Shown: positions 13,489 to 26,124, counted from the stretch's first letter. The stretch is 64,000 nucleotides of DNA from Macrostomum lignano (GCA_002269645.1 NIVC01000714.1:372001-436000); one strand, 5' to 3'. Program-made: numbers and translations. The notes: a model not told the origin generated them from the sequence alone.

Positions 13489-14240
13489 CAGCCGCCCAGC
13501 AGCAGCAGCAAAAGCAAGCACCTGTTCTTCACTATCACCTGGAAGACCCCAACAGGCGAGTTCGCAATTACACTTACCGATCCGGTGTGCAACCTTATGG
13601 CCAGGCTCCGCCTCAGCCTCCGGTGATGCAGCAGCAGCAGCAGCAGCAGCACGATCGCCTACCCTATCGAATGTGTGTATCCGAGTTCTTCAGCGCTCCC
13701 ATCACTCGCTACTGGCTGCATTTGATGTCGTACGCTTTCTTCATCGCCTCGTTTCTGTCCTACGCTCTGGTGGCTCTGCCGCAGAAGCGGCTGCTGTGGC
13801 AGGAGGTTGTCGTGTTCGCCTACGTGGCCTCCTACGCGGCCGACAAAGTCAGGGAGGTGGCTTTCAGCGGCGGTCGGAATTTCAAAACTAACCTGACTGT
13901 TCACCTGTCCGACGCTTGGAATGTCTTTGATTTGTGCGTCTGCGCGGTGTCCGCTGTTGGCATAGCAACCAGGTTGGCTTCTATGTGGTGCTGCGTCTAC
14001 GGCCCGGCTATTGAGTTCGACTTCTATGCCAACTACAGCCGGTTGCTGGGCCCTGCGGATGACCCGACCGAGCTGGCTGACTTTGCCGTGCAGTTTTATT
14101 TGTTCTTCTGCTCCCAGAATATCATGGTGCTGGCGCTGGGACTCTGGCTGCTGCGCGTGTTCGAAGTGCTGATCAATTGGAAACACCTGGGACCTTATCT
14201 GTACATGGTGGCCAGCATGATGGGCAAGATGCTGCCGCCC
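13489..14240 (+). CDS. TRPM: TRPM channel exon (S1-S4, S4-S5 linker)
   Basis: ctctttcctccag| acceptor (NAGNAG alternative at 13492), |gtgagt donor. Encodes EFFSAPITRYWLHLMSY, QEVVVFAYVASYAADKVRE, DAWNVFD and LGPYLYMVASMMGKM. Confidence 0.92.
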
Positions 14241-14263
14241 GTGAGTGACTGCTGGCCTGACTG

Positions 14264-14682
14264 GCTATTCCACACCCTACCGTCTCTACTCCACACCCTA
14301 CCGTCTCTATTCCACACCCTACCGTCTCTACTCCACACCCTACCGTCTCTACTCCACACCCTACCGACTCTACTCCACACCCTACCGTCTCTATTCCACA
14401 CCCTACCGTCTCTATTCCACACCCTACCGTTTCTACTCTACACCCTACCGACTCTACTCTACACCCTACCGACTCTACTCCACACCCTACCGACTCTGCT
14501 CCACACCCTACCGACTCTGCTCCACACCCTACCGTCTCTACTCCACACCCTACCGTCTCTACTCCACACCCTATCCGTCTCTACTCCACACCCTACCGTC
14601 TCTACTCCACACCCTACCGACTCTGCTCCACACCCTACCGTCTCTACTCCACACCCTACCGTCTCTACTCCACACCCTACAG
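14264..14682. repeat. 21-bp minisatellite (CTACTCCACACCCTACCGTCT); TRPM intron
   Basis: Directly visible. Confidence 0.95.
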
Positions 14683-14737
14683 ACTAAACACCATTTGCGA
14701 CTATATATTTCTGATTGAACTTGCCCGCTTCCTACAG

Positions 14738-15194
14738 ATAGTAATCATCTTTGTCCCGCTGTGCGCTTTCGGCATCATTCGTCAGGGCATCCAGTATCCT
14801 GGCCATGACCGGTTCAACATCACTGTTGTCAAGGGCATCTTGCTCAAGCCCTACTTTATGCTCTACGGCGAGGTCTACGCCGACGAGATTGACCCGGACG
14901 GCTGGTCCGGCCTGGAGAGCCTCATGCCTCTGCGCTCCATCGTGCCAATATCTATGGTAATATTCCTCCTGGTAACTGTGATTGTCTGCATCAGCATCAT
15001 CATCGCCGTATTCAACGACATCTATCACGAGGTGCACGAGAAGTCTAAGCAGGTGTACAAATATCTCAGATTCTCCATCATTATTGAGTACGAGTCCATG
15101 CCCGTGTTCCCACCGCCGTTCTCTCTGTTCTCTTGGCTGTACCTGCTGGGCAGGTGGCTTCATCGGAGGCTGACGCGAAAAGAGGAAGACGAAG
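14738..15194 (+). CDS. TRPM: TRPM channel exon (S5, pore, S6, TRP helix)
   Basis: cctacag| acceptor, |gtgaga donor. Encodes AFGIIRQGI, KPYFMLYGEVYADEID, IIAVFN and PVFPPPFSLFS. Confidence 0.93.
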
Positions 15195-15210
15195 GTGAGA
15201 TTATATGAGA

Positions 15211-18200
15211 GTAGATTAGCAATCCATTTCGATTATTTAGTTATTGACTAGATTAGCAATCCATTTTGATTATTTAGTTATTGACTAGATTAGCAATCCA
15301 TTTTGTCTATTTAGTTATTGACTAGATTAGCAATCCATTTTGATTATTTAGTTATTGACTAGATTAGCAATCCATTTCGATTATTTAGTTATTGACTAGA
15401 TTAGCAATCCATTTTGACTATTTAGTTATTGACTAGATTAGCAATCCATTTTGATTATTTAGTTATTGACTAGATTAGCAATCCATCTTTATTATTTAGT
15501 TATTGACTAGATTAGCAATCCATTTTGATTATTTAGTTATTGACTAGATTAGCAATCCATTTTGGTTATTTAGTTATTGACTAGATTAGCAATCCATCTT
15601 TATTATTTAGTTATTGACTAGATTAGCAATCCATTTTGCCTATTTAGTTATTGACTAGATTAGCAATCCATTTTGGTTATTTAGTTATTGACTAGATTAG
15701 CAATCCATTTTGCCTATTTAGTTATTGACTAGATTAGCAATCCATTTTGCCTATTTAGTTATTGACTAGATTAGCAATCCATTTTGGTTATTTAGTTATT
15801 GACTAGATTAGCAATCCATTTTGGTTATTTAGTTATTGACTAGATTAGCAATCCATTTTGATTATTTAGTTATTGACTAGATTAGCAATCCATTTTGATT
15901 ATTTAGTTATTGACTAGATTAGCAATCCATTTTGCCTATTTAGTTATTGACTAGACTAGCAATCCATTTAGATTATTTAGTTATTGACTAGATTAGCAAT
16001 CCATTTAGATTATTTAGTTATTGACTAGACTAGCAATCCATTTTGATTATTTAGTTATTGACTAGATTAGCAATCCATTTTGGTTATTTAGTTATTGACT
16101 AGATTAGCAATCCATTTTGATTATTTAGTTATTGACTAGATTAGCAATCCATTTCGATTATTTAGTTATTGACTAGATTAGCAATCCATTTTGGTTATTT
16201 AGTTATTGACTAGATTAGCAATCCATTTTGGTTATTTAGTTATTGACTAGATTAGCAATCCATCTTTATTATTTAGTTATTGACTAGATTAGCAATCCAT
16301 TTTGGTTATTTAGTTATTGACTAGATTAGCAATCCATTTTGCCTATTTAGTTATTGACTAGATTAGCAATCCATTTTGATTATTTAGTTATTGACTAGAT
16401 TAGCAATCCATTTTGATTATTTAGTTATTGACTAGATTAGCAATCCATTTTGGTTATTTAGTTATTGACTAGATTAGCAATCCATTTTGGTTATTTAGTT
16501 ATTGACTAGATTAGCAATCCATTTTGATTATTTAGTTATTGACTAGATTAGCAATCCATTTCGATTATTTAGTTATTGACTAGATTAGCAATCCATTTTG
16601 GTTATTTAGTTATTGACTAGATTAGCAATCCATTTTGGTTATTTAGTTATTGACTAGATTAGCAATCCATTTTATTATTTAGTTATTGACTAGATTAGCA
16701 ATCCATTTTGGTTATTTAGTTATTGACTAGATTAGCAATCCATTTTGGTTATTTAGTTATTGACTAGATTAGCAATCCATTTTGGTTATTTAGTTATTGA
16801 CTAGATTAGCAATCCATTTTGATTATTTAGTTATTGACTAGATTAGCAATCCATTTTGGTTATTTAGTTATTGACTAGATTAGCAATCCATTTTGGTTAT
16901 TTAGTTATTGACTAGATTAGCAATCCATTTTGGTTATTTAGTTATTGACTAGATTAGCAATCCATTTTGGTTATTTAGTTATTGACTAGATTAGCAATCC
17001 ATCTTTATTATTTAGTTATTGACTAGATTAGCAATCCATTTTGGTTATTTAGTTATTGACTAGATTAGCAATCCATTTTGGTTATTTAGTTATTGACTAG
17101 ATTAGCAATCCATTTTGATTATTTAGTTATTGACTAGATTAGCAATCCATCTTTATTATTTAGTTATTGACTAGATTAGCAATCCATCTTTATTATTTAG
17201 TTATTGACTAGATTAGCAATCCATTTTGATTATTTAGTTATTGACTAGATTAGCAATCCATCTTTATTATTTAGTTATTGACTAGATTAGCAATCCATCT
17301 TTATTATTTAGTTATTGACTAGATTAGCAATCCATCTTTATTATTTAGTTATTGACTAGATTAGCAATCCATTTTGGTTATTTAGTTATTGACTAGATTA
17401 GCAATCCATTTTGATTATTTAGTTATTGACTAGATTAGCAATCCATTTTGATTATTTAGTTATTGACTAGATTAGCAATCCATTTTGCCTATTTAGTTAT
17501 TGACTAGACTAGCAATCCATTTTGGTTATTTAGTTATTGACTAGATTAGCAATCCATTTTGGTTATTTAGTTATTGACTAGATTAGCAATCCATTTTGGT
17601 TATTTAGTTATTGACTAGATTAGCAATCCATCTTTATTATTTAGTTATTGACTAGATTAGCAATCCATTTTGGTTATTTAGTTATTGACTAGATTAGCAA
17701 TCCATTTTGATTATTTAGTTATTGACTAGATTAGCAATCCATTTTGATTATTTAGTTATTGACTAGATTAGCAATCCATCTTTATTATTTAGTCATTTAC
17801 TAGATTAGCAATCCATCTTTATTATTTAGTTATTGACTAGATTAGCAATCCATTTTGATTATTTAGTTATTGACTAGATTAGCAATCCATCTTTATTATT
17901 TAGTTATTGACTAGATTAGCAATCCATCTTTATTATTTAGTTATTGACTAGATTAGCAATCCATTTTATTATTTAGTTATTGACTAGATTAGCAATCCAT
18001 TTTGGTTATTTAGTTATTGACTAGATTAGCAATCCATTTTGATTATTTAGTTATTGACTAGATTAGCAATCCATTTCGATTATTTAGTTATTGACTAGAT
18101 TAGCAATCCATTTTGCCTTATTTAGTTATTGACTAGATTAGCAATCCATTTTGATTATTTAGTTATTGACTAGATTAGCAATCCATTTTGGTTATTTAGT

Positions 18201-19922
18201 TATTGACTAGATTAGCAATCCATTTTGGTTATTTAGTTATTGACTAGATTAGCAATCCATTTTGATTATTTAGTTATTGACTAGATTAGCAATCCATTTT
18301 GATTATTTAGTTATTGACTAGATTAGCAATCCATTTTGGTTATTTAGTTATTGACTAGATTAGCAATCCATTTTGATTATTTAGTTATTGACTAGATTAG
18401 CAATCCATTTTGGTTATTTAGTTATTGACTAGATTAGCAATCCATTTTGGTTATTTAGTTATTGACTAGATTAGCAATCCATTTTGATTATTTAGTTATT
18501 GACTAGATTAGCAATCCATTTTGATTATTTAGTTATTGACTAGATTAGCAATCCATTTTGTCTATTTAGTTATTGACTAGATTAGCAATACATTTTGCCT
18601 ATTTAGTTATTGACTAGACTAGCAATCCATTTAGATTATTTAGTTATTGACTAGATTAGCAATCCATTTTGATTATTTAGTTATTGACTAGATTAGCAAT
18701 CCATTTTGATTATTTAGTTATTGACTAGATTAGCAATCCATTTTGTTATTTAGTTATTGACTAGATTAGCAATCCATTTTGATTATTTAGTTATTGACTA
18801 GATTAGCAATCCATTTTGGTTATTTAGTTATTGACTAGATTAGCAATCCATTTTGATTTAGTTATTGACTAGATTAGCAATCCATTTTGATTATTTAGTT
18901 ATTGACTAGATTAGCAATCCATTTTGATTATTTAGTTATTGACTAGATTAGCAATCCATCTTTATTATTTAGTTATTGACTAGATTAGCAATCCATTTTG
19001 ATTATTTAGTTATTGACTAGATTAGCAATCCATTTTGATTATTTAGTTATTGACTAGATTAGCAATCCATTTTGATTATTTAGTTATTGACTAGATTAGC
19101 AATCCATTTTGCCTATTTAGTTATTGACTAGATTAGCAATCCATTTTGATTATTTAGTTATTGACTAGATTAGCAATCCATTTTGATTATTTAGTTATTG
19201 ACTAGATTAGCAATCCATCTTTATTATTTAGTTATTGACTAGATTAGCAATCCATTTTGCCTATTTAGTTATTGACTAGATTAGCAATCCATTTTGATTA
19301 TTTAGTTATTGACTAGATTAGCAATCCATTTTGCCTATTTAGTTATTGACTAGATTAGCAATCCATTTTGGTTATTTAGTTATTGACTAGATTAGCAATC
19401 CATTTTGCCTATTTAGTTATTGACTAGATTAGCAATCCATTTTGATTATTTAGTTATTGACTAGATTAGCAATCCATTTTGATTATTTAGTTATTGACTA
19501 GATTAGCAATCCATCTTTATTATTTAGTTATTGACTAGATTAGCAATCCATTTTGCCTATTTAGTTATTGACTAGATTAGCAATCCATTTTGATTATTTA
19601 GTTATTGACTAGATTAGCAATCCATTTTGATTATTTAGTTATTGACTAGATTAGCAATCCATCTTTATTATTTAGTTATTGACTAGACTAGCAATCCATT
19701 TAGATTATTTAGTTATTGACTAGATTAGCAATCCATTTAGATTATTTAGTTATTGACTAGACTAGCAATCCATTTAGATTATTTAGTTATTGACTAGATT
19801 AGCAATCCATTTAGATTATTTAGTTATTGACTAGATTAGCAATCCAGTTTGATTATTTAGTTATTGACTAGACTAGCAATCCAGTTTGATTATTTACTTA
19901 ACTGTTGACTAGACTAGCAATC
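15211..19922. repeat. 37-bp AT-rich minisatellite (GACTAGATTAGCAATCCATTTTGATTATTTAGTTATT), about 127 copies; TRPM intron
   Basis: Directly visible; variation concentrated in a short central patch of the unit. Confidence 0.98.
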
Positions 19923-19947
19923 CACCGAATCCCCGAAATCCATCCAG

Positions 19948-21170
19948 ACGAATTCCCGGACTCGAGCGGCATCGAGGACGCCCGGGTGATCACCTCGCTG
20001 AAGCTGTTCCTCCGGCCTGAGGAGGCGGCCGCCTTGCAGAGTTTTGAGTCGCAGTGCGTGCAGGACCTCCTGCTCATTCGGACTCGACTCGAACGTGGCC
20101 GCAGTCCCGGCCAGTTGTCCGAATTGTCCGACCGCCAGCTGACGGACAATGCAGCACCGCCGGCGCCAACGCCCGAAACTGCATCAGCGGCGGCAGCGGC
20201 AGCGGCGGCGGACGCGGCCACCCGCGTCAACGACCTGACGCAGCGACACCTTCTGGCAGCTGTGGAGCGACGAATCGCTGCCGCGGAGGCTGCCGCCGCA
20301 GCCGCGGCCGAAGCCGCCACCGCCGCTGCCGCTGCCGTAGCCATGGTTGTCGGCAGCTCCGAGCAGCAGCCGCCGCCGCAACCGCAGCCGCCGACGCCGC
20401 AGACGGGCCAGGACCAGCGTCAGTCTGCTCCACAGCACCAGCGACAGCCGAGCATCCGCCGACCGCTCAGGCAAGCCTCCTCGATTTCCGAGACTCCACA
20501 GCAGCTGTCCGCGGCCGAGGCAGCTCCGTTGAACATCCTGCTCGGTCTCCGGCCGCCTCCCGACTGCGGCTACACCAGCATCTGCGACGCTATCGACATC
20601 GGGCCGACTCTGGCCACCGCTGCTACCACCGACGCATCTGAGGTCTCCGTGGCTTCGCCGCCACGGCCGTCTCCGCTGCGACGACTGGACGCCACGTTGC
20701 GAGACGCCGAGGAGCGAGAGCGCTCCGTGCTGGGCAGCGCGCTGCGTCGAAGACTTCGCCAGTTCAGCATCACCGGCGAGTTGCCCGAAGGTGTCGGTGA
20801 AGGCGGCGCCGCCAATGACGCCGTTGGCGACGAAGCTGAGGATGGCGACGGCCGAGAGGGCGATGACGGTGACGCCGAGGAGGCCGATGAGAAGGCCTCG
20901 CTGCAGGACATCATGGAGGTGGCCCTCGAACGTCTCGTTGACGCCGAGTTGCGCGACTGCGGCGTAGACCAGCTACAGCAGCTTCGGCTGCAGGAGTTCG
21001 ACGACGAGGACGACGATGACGGCGGAGTTGGAGACGAAGGCGGCTACGAGGACGCCATGGCGATGATGGCGGCCGGCGGCGGCCCGAGCGGCTTCGACTT
21101 AAGCGGCGATCCGGCGGCCCGCCCGTCCATGGCCGTCCCAGATGAGACGGATGAGGAGACTGGGGTGTGA
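19948..21170 (+). CDS. TRPM: TRPM channel terminal exon (C-terminal helix/coiled coil and low-complexity tail)
   Basis: catccag| acceptor in phase 1. SLKLFLRPEEAAALQSFESQCV resembles TRPM LKLFL..E...LHDFEEQC. Stop TGA at 21168-21170; no kinase or NUDT9-H domain seen. Confidence 0.88.
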
Positions 21171-21174
21171 CAGC

Positions 21175-21385
21175 AGAGGGCGGATTGAATAGAGTAGAGG
21201 GCGTATTGACGGGAGTAGAGAGCGGATTGAGTAGAGGAGAGAGCGGATTGAGTAGAGGAGAGAGCGGATTAAAGAGAGCAGAGAGCAGATTAAAGAGAGG
21301 AGAGAACGGATTATTAAAGAGAGCAGAGAGCAGATTAAAGAGAGTAGAGAGCGGATTAAAGTGAGATTAGAGAGTGGATTATAGT
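21175..21385. repeat. Degenerate 21-bp repeat (AGAGCGGATTGAGTAGAGGAG) just after the TRPM stop
   Basis: Directly visible. Confidence 0.8.
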
Positions 21386-22129
21386 GAGAGTTTAGAGCTT
21401 ATCTATGAAGGTAGTACGCGGGTAACCAAGAGTAACTTAGGTAGAGCTTCTTGGTTAATCGGCTTCTCTTAAGGCTAATATTTTTGCGTAAATATCAATC
21501 TGAAAATCTTTAGTCATCGCAGTATTCTCATTCGTATTGCTTATCAGTAATTAGAAGGTTATTTTCCTAGTACAATATTTTCACCATAAAGTACACAGCT
21601 GATAACTTAGCGATTAGATAATCAATTATTTTCTGATAGGCTCACTCAGTCACGAGTTCTTTAACACTGTTGCGGTCGAAAACCTACTGACACATAAATT
21701 GCGTTTTGCGAAACGAATTCTGCCAATTAGTAACGATAATGCTCGATTTTGTTGGTTTTTACACTGCCTTTTTGTAAATAGTCGAGACACGTTTTGGTAG
21801 CTAATAGTGTTGACAATAAGTATTTTTCTAACTTTATCTGACCATTTTGAAGGCCTTAAATACCTACTTTAGCCATAACAGGTATTCTCACTTAACTTTC
21901 AAGGTCCCAGGGCATCAGAACTTTTTTAAATATTTAATTTTTAATATTTTTCTATTAAATTTAGTTGCAGTATGTACATTTTTTCATTTTTTCAAGGCTT
22001 CATTTTGTATGCCATTTGGCGCAGAAATACGAGCTAATCATGACTCAATAACTTAGGTGTACGAGGCTTGATTTGCAATTCACCTCAATGTTCACTCACG
22101 TCATCCAGCCGCGATTTCAATTCACCCCC

Positions 22130-22560
22130 TCTCGCCCGGTGTACACCCACCCCCCTCCGCCAGCCAGCCAGCCAGCCCCAATTTCAATTCCCTCCGCCAG
22201 CCAGTCAGCCCCGACCGATTTCAATTCAAGCCCCTCACCAAAAATGTACACCCACTCTCTCCGCCAGCCAGCCAGCCAGCCCCAATTTCAATTCCCTCCG
22301 CCAGCCAGTCAGCCCCGACCGATTTCAATTCAAGCCCCTCACCAAAAATGTACACCCACTCTCTCCGCCAGCCAGCCAGCCAGCCCCAATTTCAATTCCC
22401 TCCGCCAGCCAGTCAGCCCCGACCGATTTCAATTCAAGCCCCTCACCAAAAATGTACACCCACTCTCTCCGCCAGCCAGCCAGCCAGCCCCGATTTCAAT
22501 TCAAGCCCCTCACCAAATGTACACCCACCCCCTCCGCCAGCCAGCCAGCCCCGATCTCAA
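22130..22560. repeat. 104-bp tandem repeat with (CCAG)n, about 4 copies
   Basis: ATGTACACCCACTCTCTC recurs at 22244, 22348 and 22452. Confidence 0.88.
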
Positions 22561-23219
22561 TTCCACCAATGTACATTCAACTACATGTAGACCAGTTTTT
22601 TAAACGAACCGATTTACTATGAAATCCTTCCGAATTTGCAGCAGATATCGTTTTTTGTTCAATTTTTGCTTCTTTCTGATGATAATTTCACGGGAATAGC
22701 TTTTTATAGGGTAAGAAATTTTCCTTCTCCCCCCACACTCTAGATAGTAGTGCATGGTTTTCATCAAGTATTCTTTATTAATGGCATGTAGTCTATTATT
22801 TTGACACTTTCTTTTAATTTTGGTCTTCTTTTTGTTCCCGTGTTTTGTTATTCAAAATGTTCCACTGTTTTAACCAGTGCGTGAACTCAATTTTAAAGAG
22901 GCTGTAAATCTTTTTCTGGATAACTTGTATTGCATGCAAAATCTGCTTTGCACGACTTAGTTTGGTGTAGCATCTCATTATCATTAAATTGCGTGTAATT
23001 AGCTTTTATCCGCCCAAAATTGAATACACTGAAATATAAACTCGGTAGATTACTGTTTCTCCTTTTACGAGTTAGTGGTGACTTTTTAAGATTTTCATTA
23101 ATTCAATTTTTTTTGCAAACTTTTCAAACGTTACGTTATCTAAAGCAAGATTAGAATTTCTGAAAAACAGTTTCTCAGAAAAAAATTTACGGTTTCTGTG
23201 AAAAAAATAGATGATTCCT

Positions 23220-23920
23220 TAGAATCCCAAATTAGGCGATTTCTTAGACACAATAATGCACGATTTTTAGAATCGTGATTCCTACAACGGACAAATTCTT
23301 AGAATCACAATTTAGACGCTTTCTTAGAATGTCGAAACAGCGATCGATTTCTTAGAATCACACAACCGACGATTTATAAGAATCTAAGAATAGACGATTT
23401 CTTTCTTAAAATTTTAAAATGGATATTTTCCTAGAATCTCAAAAAAAATTTAATTTTAAGATGAACAATTTCTTAGAATTCCAAATTAGAACACGGTTTT
23501 TTAGAACAGTTTCTTAGAAACCCAAAATAGACAGTTTCTTAGAATCTCACAATGGACAGTTTCTTAAAATCCCACAATGGACAGTTTCTTAGAATTCCAG
23601 AATGGGCAGTTTCTTAGAATCCCAGAATGGACAGTTTCTTAGAATTCCAGAATGGATAGTTTCTTAGAATTTCAGAATGGACAGATTCTTAGAACTTCAG
23701 AATGGACAGTTTCTTAGAAACCCAAAATGGACAGTTTCTTAGAATTCCAGAATGGACAGTTTCTTAGAATTTCAGAATGGACAGATTCTTAGAACTTCAG
23801 ACTGGACAGTTTCTTAGAAACCCAAAATGGACAGTTTCTTAGAATTCCAGAATGGACAGTTTCTTAGAACTCCAGAATGGACAGTTTCTTAGAATCCCAA
23901 AATGTGCAACTTCGTAGAAT
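23220..23920. repeat. 25-bp minisatellite with TTCTTAGAA core, immediately upstream of the ALDH3 ATG
   Basis: AATGGACAGTTTCTTAGAATTCCAG units, degenerate toward the 5' side. Confidence 0.9.
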
Positions 23921-23965
23921 CCCGATTTGTCATTGTCTTCGAACTCGAACAACTCATGCGCTGCC

Positions 23966-24649
23966 ATGACTCAGTCCGCGTCCAACATTGTCGCCTCGTT
24001 GCGCTCAACTTTCGCCACCGGTTGCACCCGATCGCTGGACTGGCGCCGCAGCCAGCTCAAGGCCATGCACAACATGCTCAGCGAGCAGGAGGCCCGATTC
24101 CTTGAAGCTCTGTGGCGCGACCTGCGAAAGAGCAAGCAGGAGACCGCCGCGACAGAGCTGCTCATGGTCAAAGGCGAGATCGCCAAGCTGTCCAAGGAGC
24201 TGACGCATCTGGCCGCTCCTACTAAACCGCCGAAGACGTTCATCAGCCGGATGGACGGCCTGGCCATTCAACCGCAGCCGCTGGGAGTCGCCCTGATCAT
24301 CGGTGCCTGGAACTACCCGATCCAGCTGGTCCTGCTGCCACTGGCCGGAGCCATCGCCGCTGGCAACTGCGCCGTGGTGAAGCCGTCAGAGATTGCCGAA
24401 GCCTCGGCTGCTCTGCTAGCCGAGCTGCTGCCAAAATATCTCGACCAGGACTGCGTCCGTGTGGTGTGCGGCGGCGTCGAGGAGACCCAGCAGCTGCTTG
24501 AGCAGCGATTCGACACCATCTTCTACACTGGCAGCTCCCGGGTTGCCCGCATTGTGATGGCCGCGGCCAGCAAGCATCTGACTCCGGTCACCCTCGAGCT
24601 GGGCGGCAAGTCGCCCGTCTACGTGTCTCACGGTATCGATTTGGAACTG
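23966..24649 (+). CDS. ALDH3: ALDH3-family aldehyde dehydrogenase, exon 1 of 2
   Basis: gccATG start. Motifs PLGVALIIGAWNYP, IAAGNCAVVKPSE, YTGSSRVA and LELGGKSP; |gtgagt donor, phase 0. Confidence 0.95.
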
Positions 24650-24659
24650 GTGAGTCAGC

Positions 24660-25205
24660 ACCTGACCCATCCCTGACCTGACCCAGCTGACCCATCCCTG
24701 ACTTGACCCAACTGACCCATGACTTGACCCACCTGACCCATCCCTGACTTGACCCAACTGACCCATGACTTGACCCACCTGACCCATCCCTGACCCAACC
24801 CTGACCCCAAACATGACCCTACCCTGACCCGTCCCTGACCCAACCCTGACCCCAAACATGACCCTACCCTGACTCAACCCTGACCCAGCACTGACCCAAC
24901 TCTGCTCCTGTCCTGACTTAGCCCTGACCCAGCCACGACCCAACCCTGACCCAACTCTGAACCAACCCTGACCCAAATCTGACCCGATTCTGACTCAACC
25001 CTGACCCAGCCCTGAGCCAACTCTGCTTCTGTCCTGACTCAGCCCTGACCCAGCCACGACCCAACTCTAAACCAACCCTGACCCAGACCTGACCCTACCC
25101 TGACTCAACCCTGACCCAGCCCTGACGCAACCTTGACCCAGCTCTGACCCAGACCCGACTCTGACCCAGCTCTGACCCAGACCCGACTCTGACCCAGCTC
25201 TGATT
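24660..25205. repeat. Degenerate CTGACCC-based repeat filling the ALDH3 intron
   Basis: Directly visible. Confidence 0.85.
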
Positions 25206-25243
25206 CAATTCGGACACAAGCCCGTGCCCACCACCGCCCGCAG

Positions 25244-26005
25244 GTGTCGCGCCGGCTGGCCTGGGGCAAGTTCATGAACGCCGGGCAGACGTGTATCGCC
25301 CCGGACTACGTGCTGTGCCCGCCCGACCTGATGCAGCCGCTGGCCGACGCCCTGGCCGCCAGGGTTATCGAATTCTTCGGCGAAAATCCGCGGGACAGCC
25401 CAGACTATGGCCGGATCGTGTCCGACCGGATGTTCGACCGACTGTCCGGCCTGCTGTCCGAGACCAAAGCCAAGCGAGTCGTCGGCGGCGACCCGGACAA
25501 AGCCGAGCGGTTCATCCCGCCCACCGTCTTCGTGGACGTGAAGCCGGACGACGCCCTGATGCGCGAGGAGCTGTTCGGCCCCATCCTGCCCATCCTGCCG
25601 GTCCGCGGCGGCGTCGACGAAGCCATCGAGCTGATCAACGCCGGGGAGAAGCCGCTGGCTCTCTACGCCTTCACCAACGATGCCAGCGTTCGCCGACGCT
25701 TCGAAGAGTCAACCAGCAGCGGCGCCCTGGTGTTTAACGACGTCGTCATTCATGCCGGCATCGACACGCTGCCGTTTGGCGGCGTCGGCGAGTCCGGCAT
25801 GGGCTGCTACCACGGCGTGTACACCTTCCAGGCGTTCTCGCATCGTCGCTCGGTGCTGTACAAGAACGCCAGCGCGATCTCCGAGGCTGTCAACTCTCGC
25901 TTCCGCTATCCGCCGTACAACGAATCTAAACTGGGCTGGATCAGCTGGGCTCTGAGCAGCAGCGTTAGCGACAAGGGCGGCTGGAATTCCTGCCAGCTGC
26001 TTTGA
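25244..26005 (+). CDS. ALDH3: ALDH3-family aldehyde dehydrogenase, exon 2 of 2 (catalytic Cys; C-terminal CQLL)
   Basis: cccgcag| acceptor. Motifs WGKFMNAGQTCIAPDY, EELFGPILP, EKPLALYAF, LPFGGVGESGMGCYHG and RYPPY. Confidence 0.95.
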   Translation: MSRRLAWGKFMNAGQTCIAPDYVLCPPDLMQPLADALAARVIEFFGENPRDSPDYGRIVSDRMFDRLSGLLSETKAKRVVGGDPDKAERFIPPTVFVDVKPDDALMREELFGPILPILPVRGGVDEAIELINAGEKPLALYAFTNDASVRRRFEESTSSGALVFNDVVIHAGIDTLPFGGVGESGMGCYHGVYTFQAFSHRRSVLYKNASAISEAVNSRFRYPPYNESKLGWISWALSSSVSDKGGWNSCQLL

Positions 26006-26124
26006 AGGGCTGGAACTCCTGCCAGCTGCTTTGAAGGGCTGGAACTGTCTTCTGCGGACTTGAGACCGGGGAGTGAACTTGATTCTTTTAAATATTTTCG
26101 TTCCATCCAAAATTCTTGACTGGA

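Noticed and set aside
10947-13521. Ser/Pro/Leu-rich and Glu/Arg/Gly-rich ORFs of 590-810 aa
   Set aside because: Six-frame artefacts of a polypurine tract that lacks stop codons.
15211-19922. Regular 37-bp repeats resembling a CRISPR array
   Set aside because: Units are directly adjacent with no unique spacers, there are no cas genes, and the context is a eukaryotic intron.
21423-21457. 9-bp inverted repeat (TAACCAAGA / TCTTGGTTA) downstream of the TRPM stop
   Set aside because: Short AT-rich stem expected by chance; no SECIS or other RNA family features recognised.
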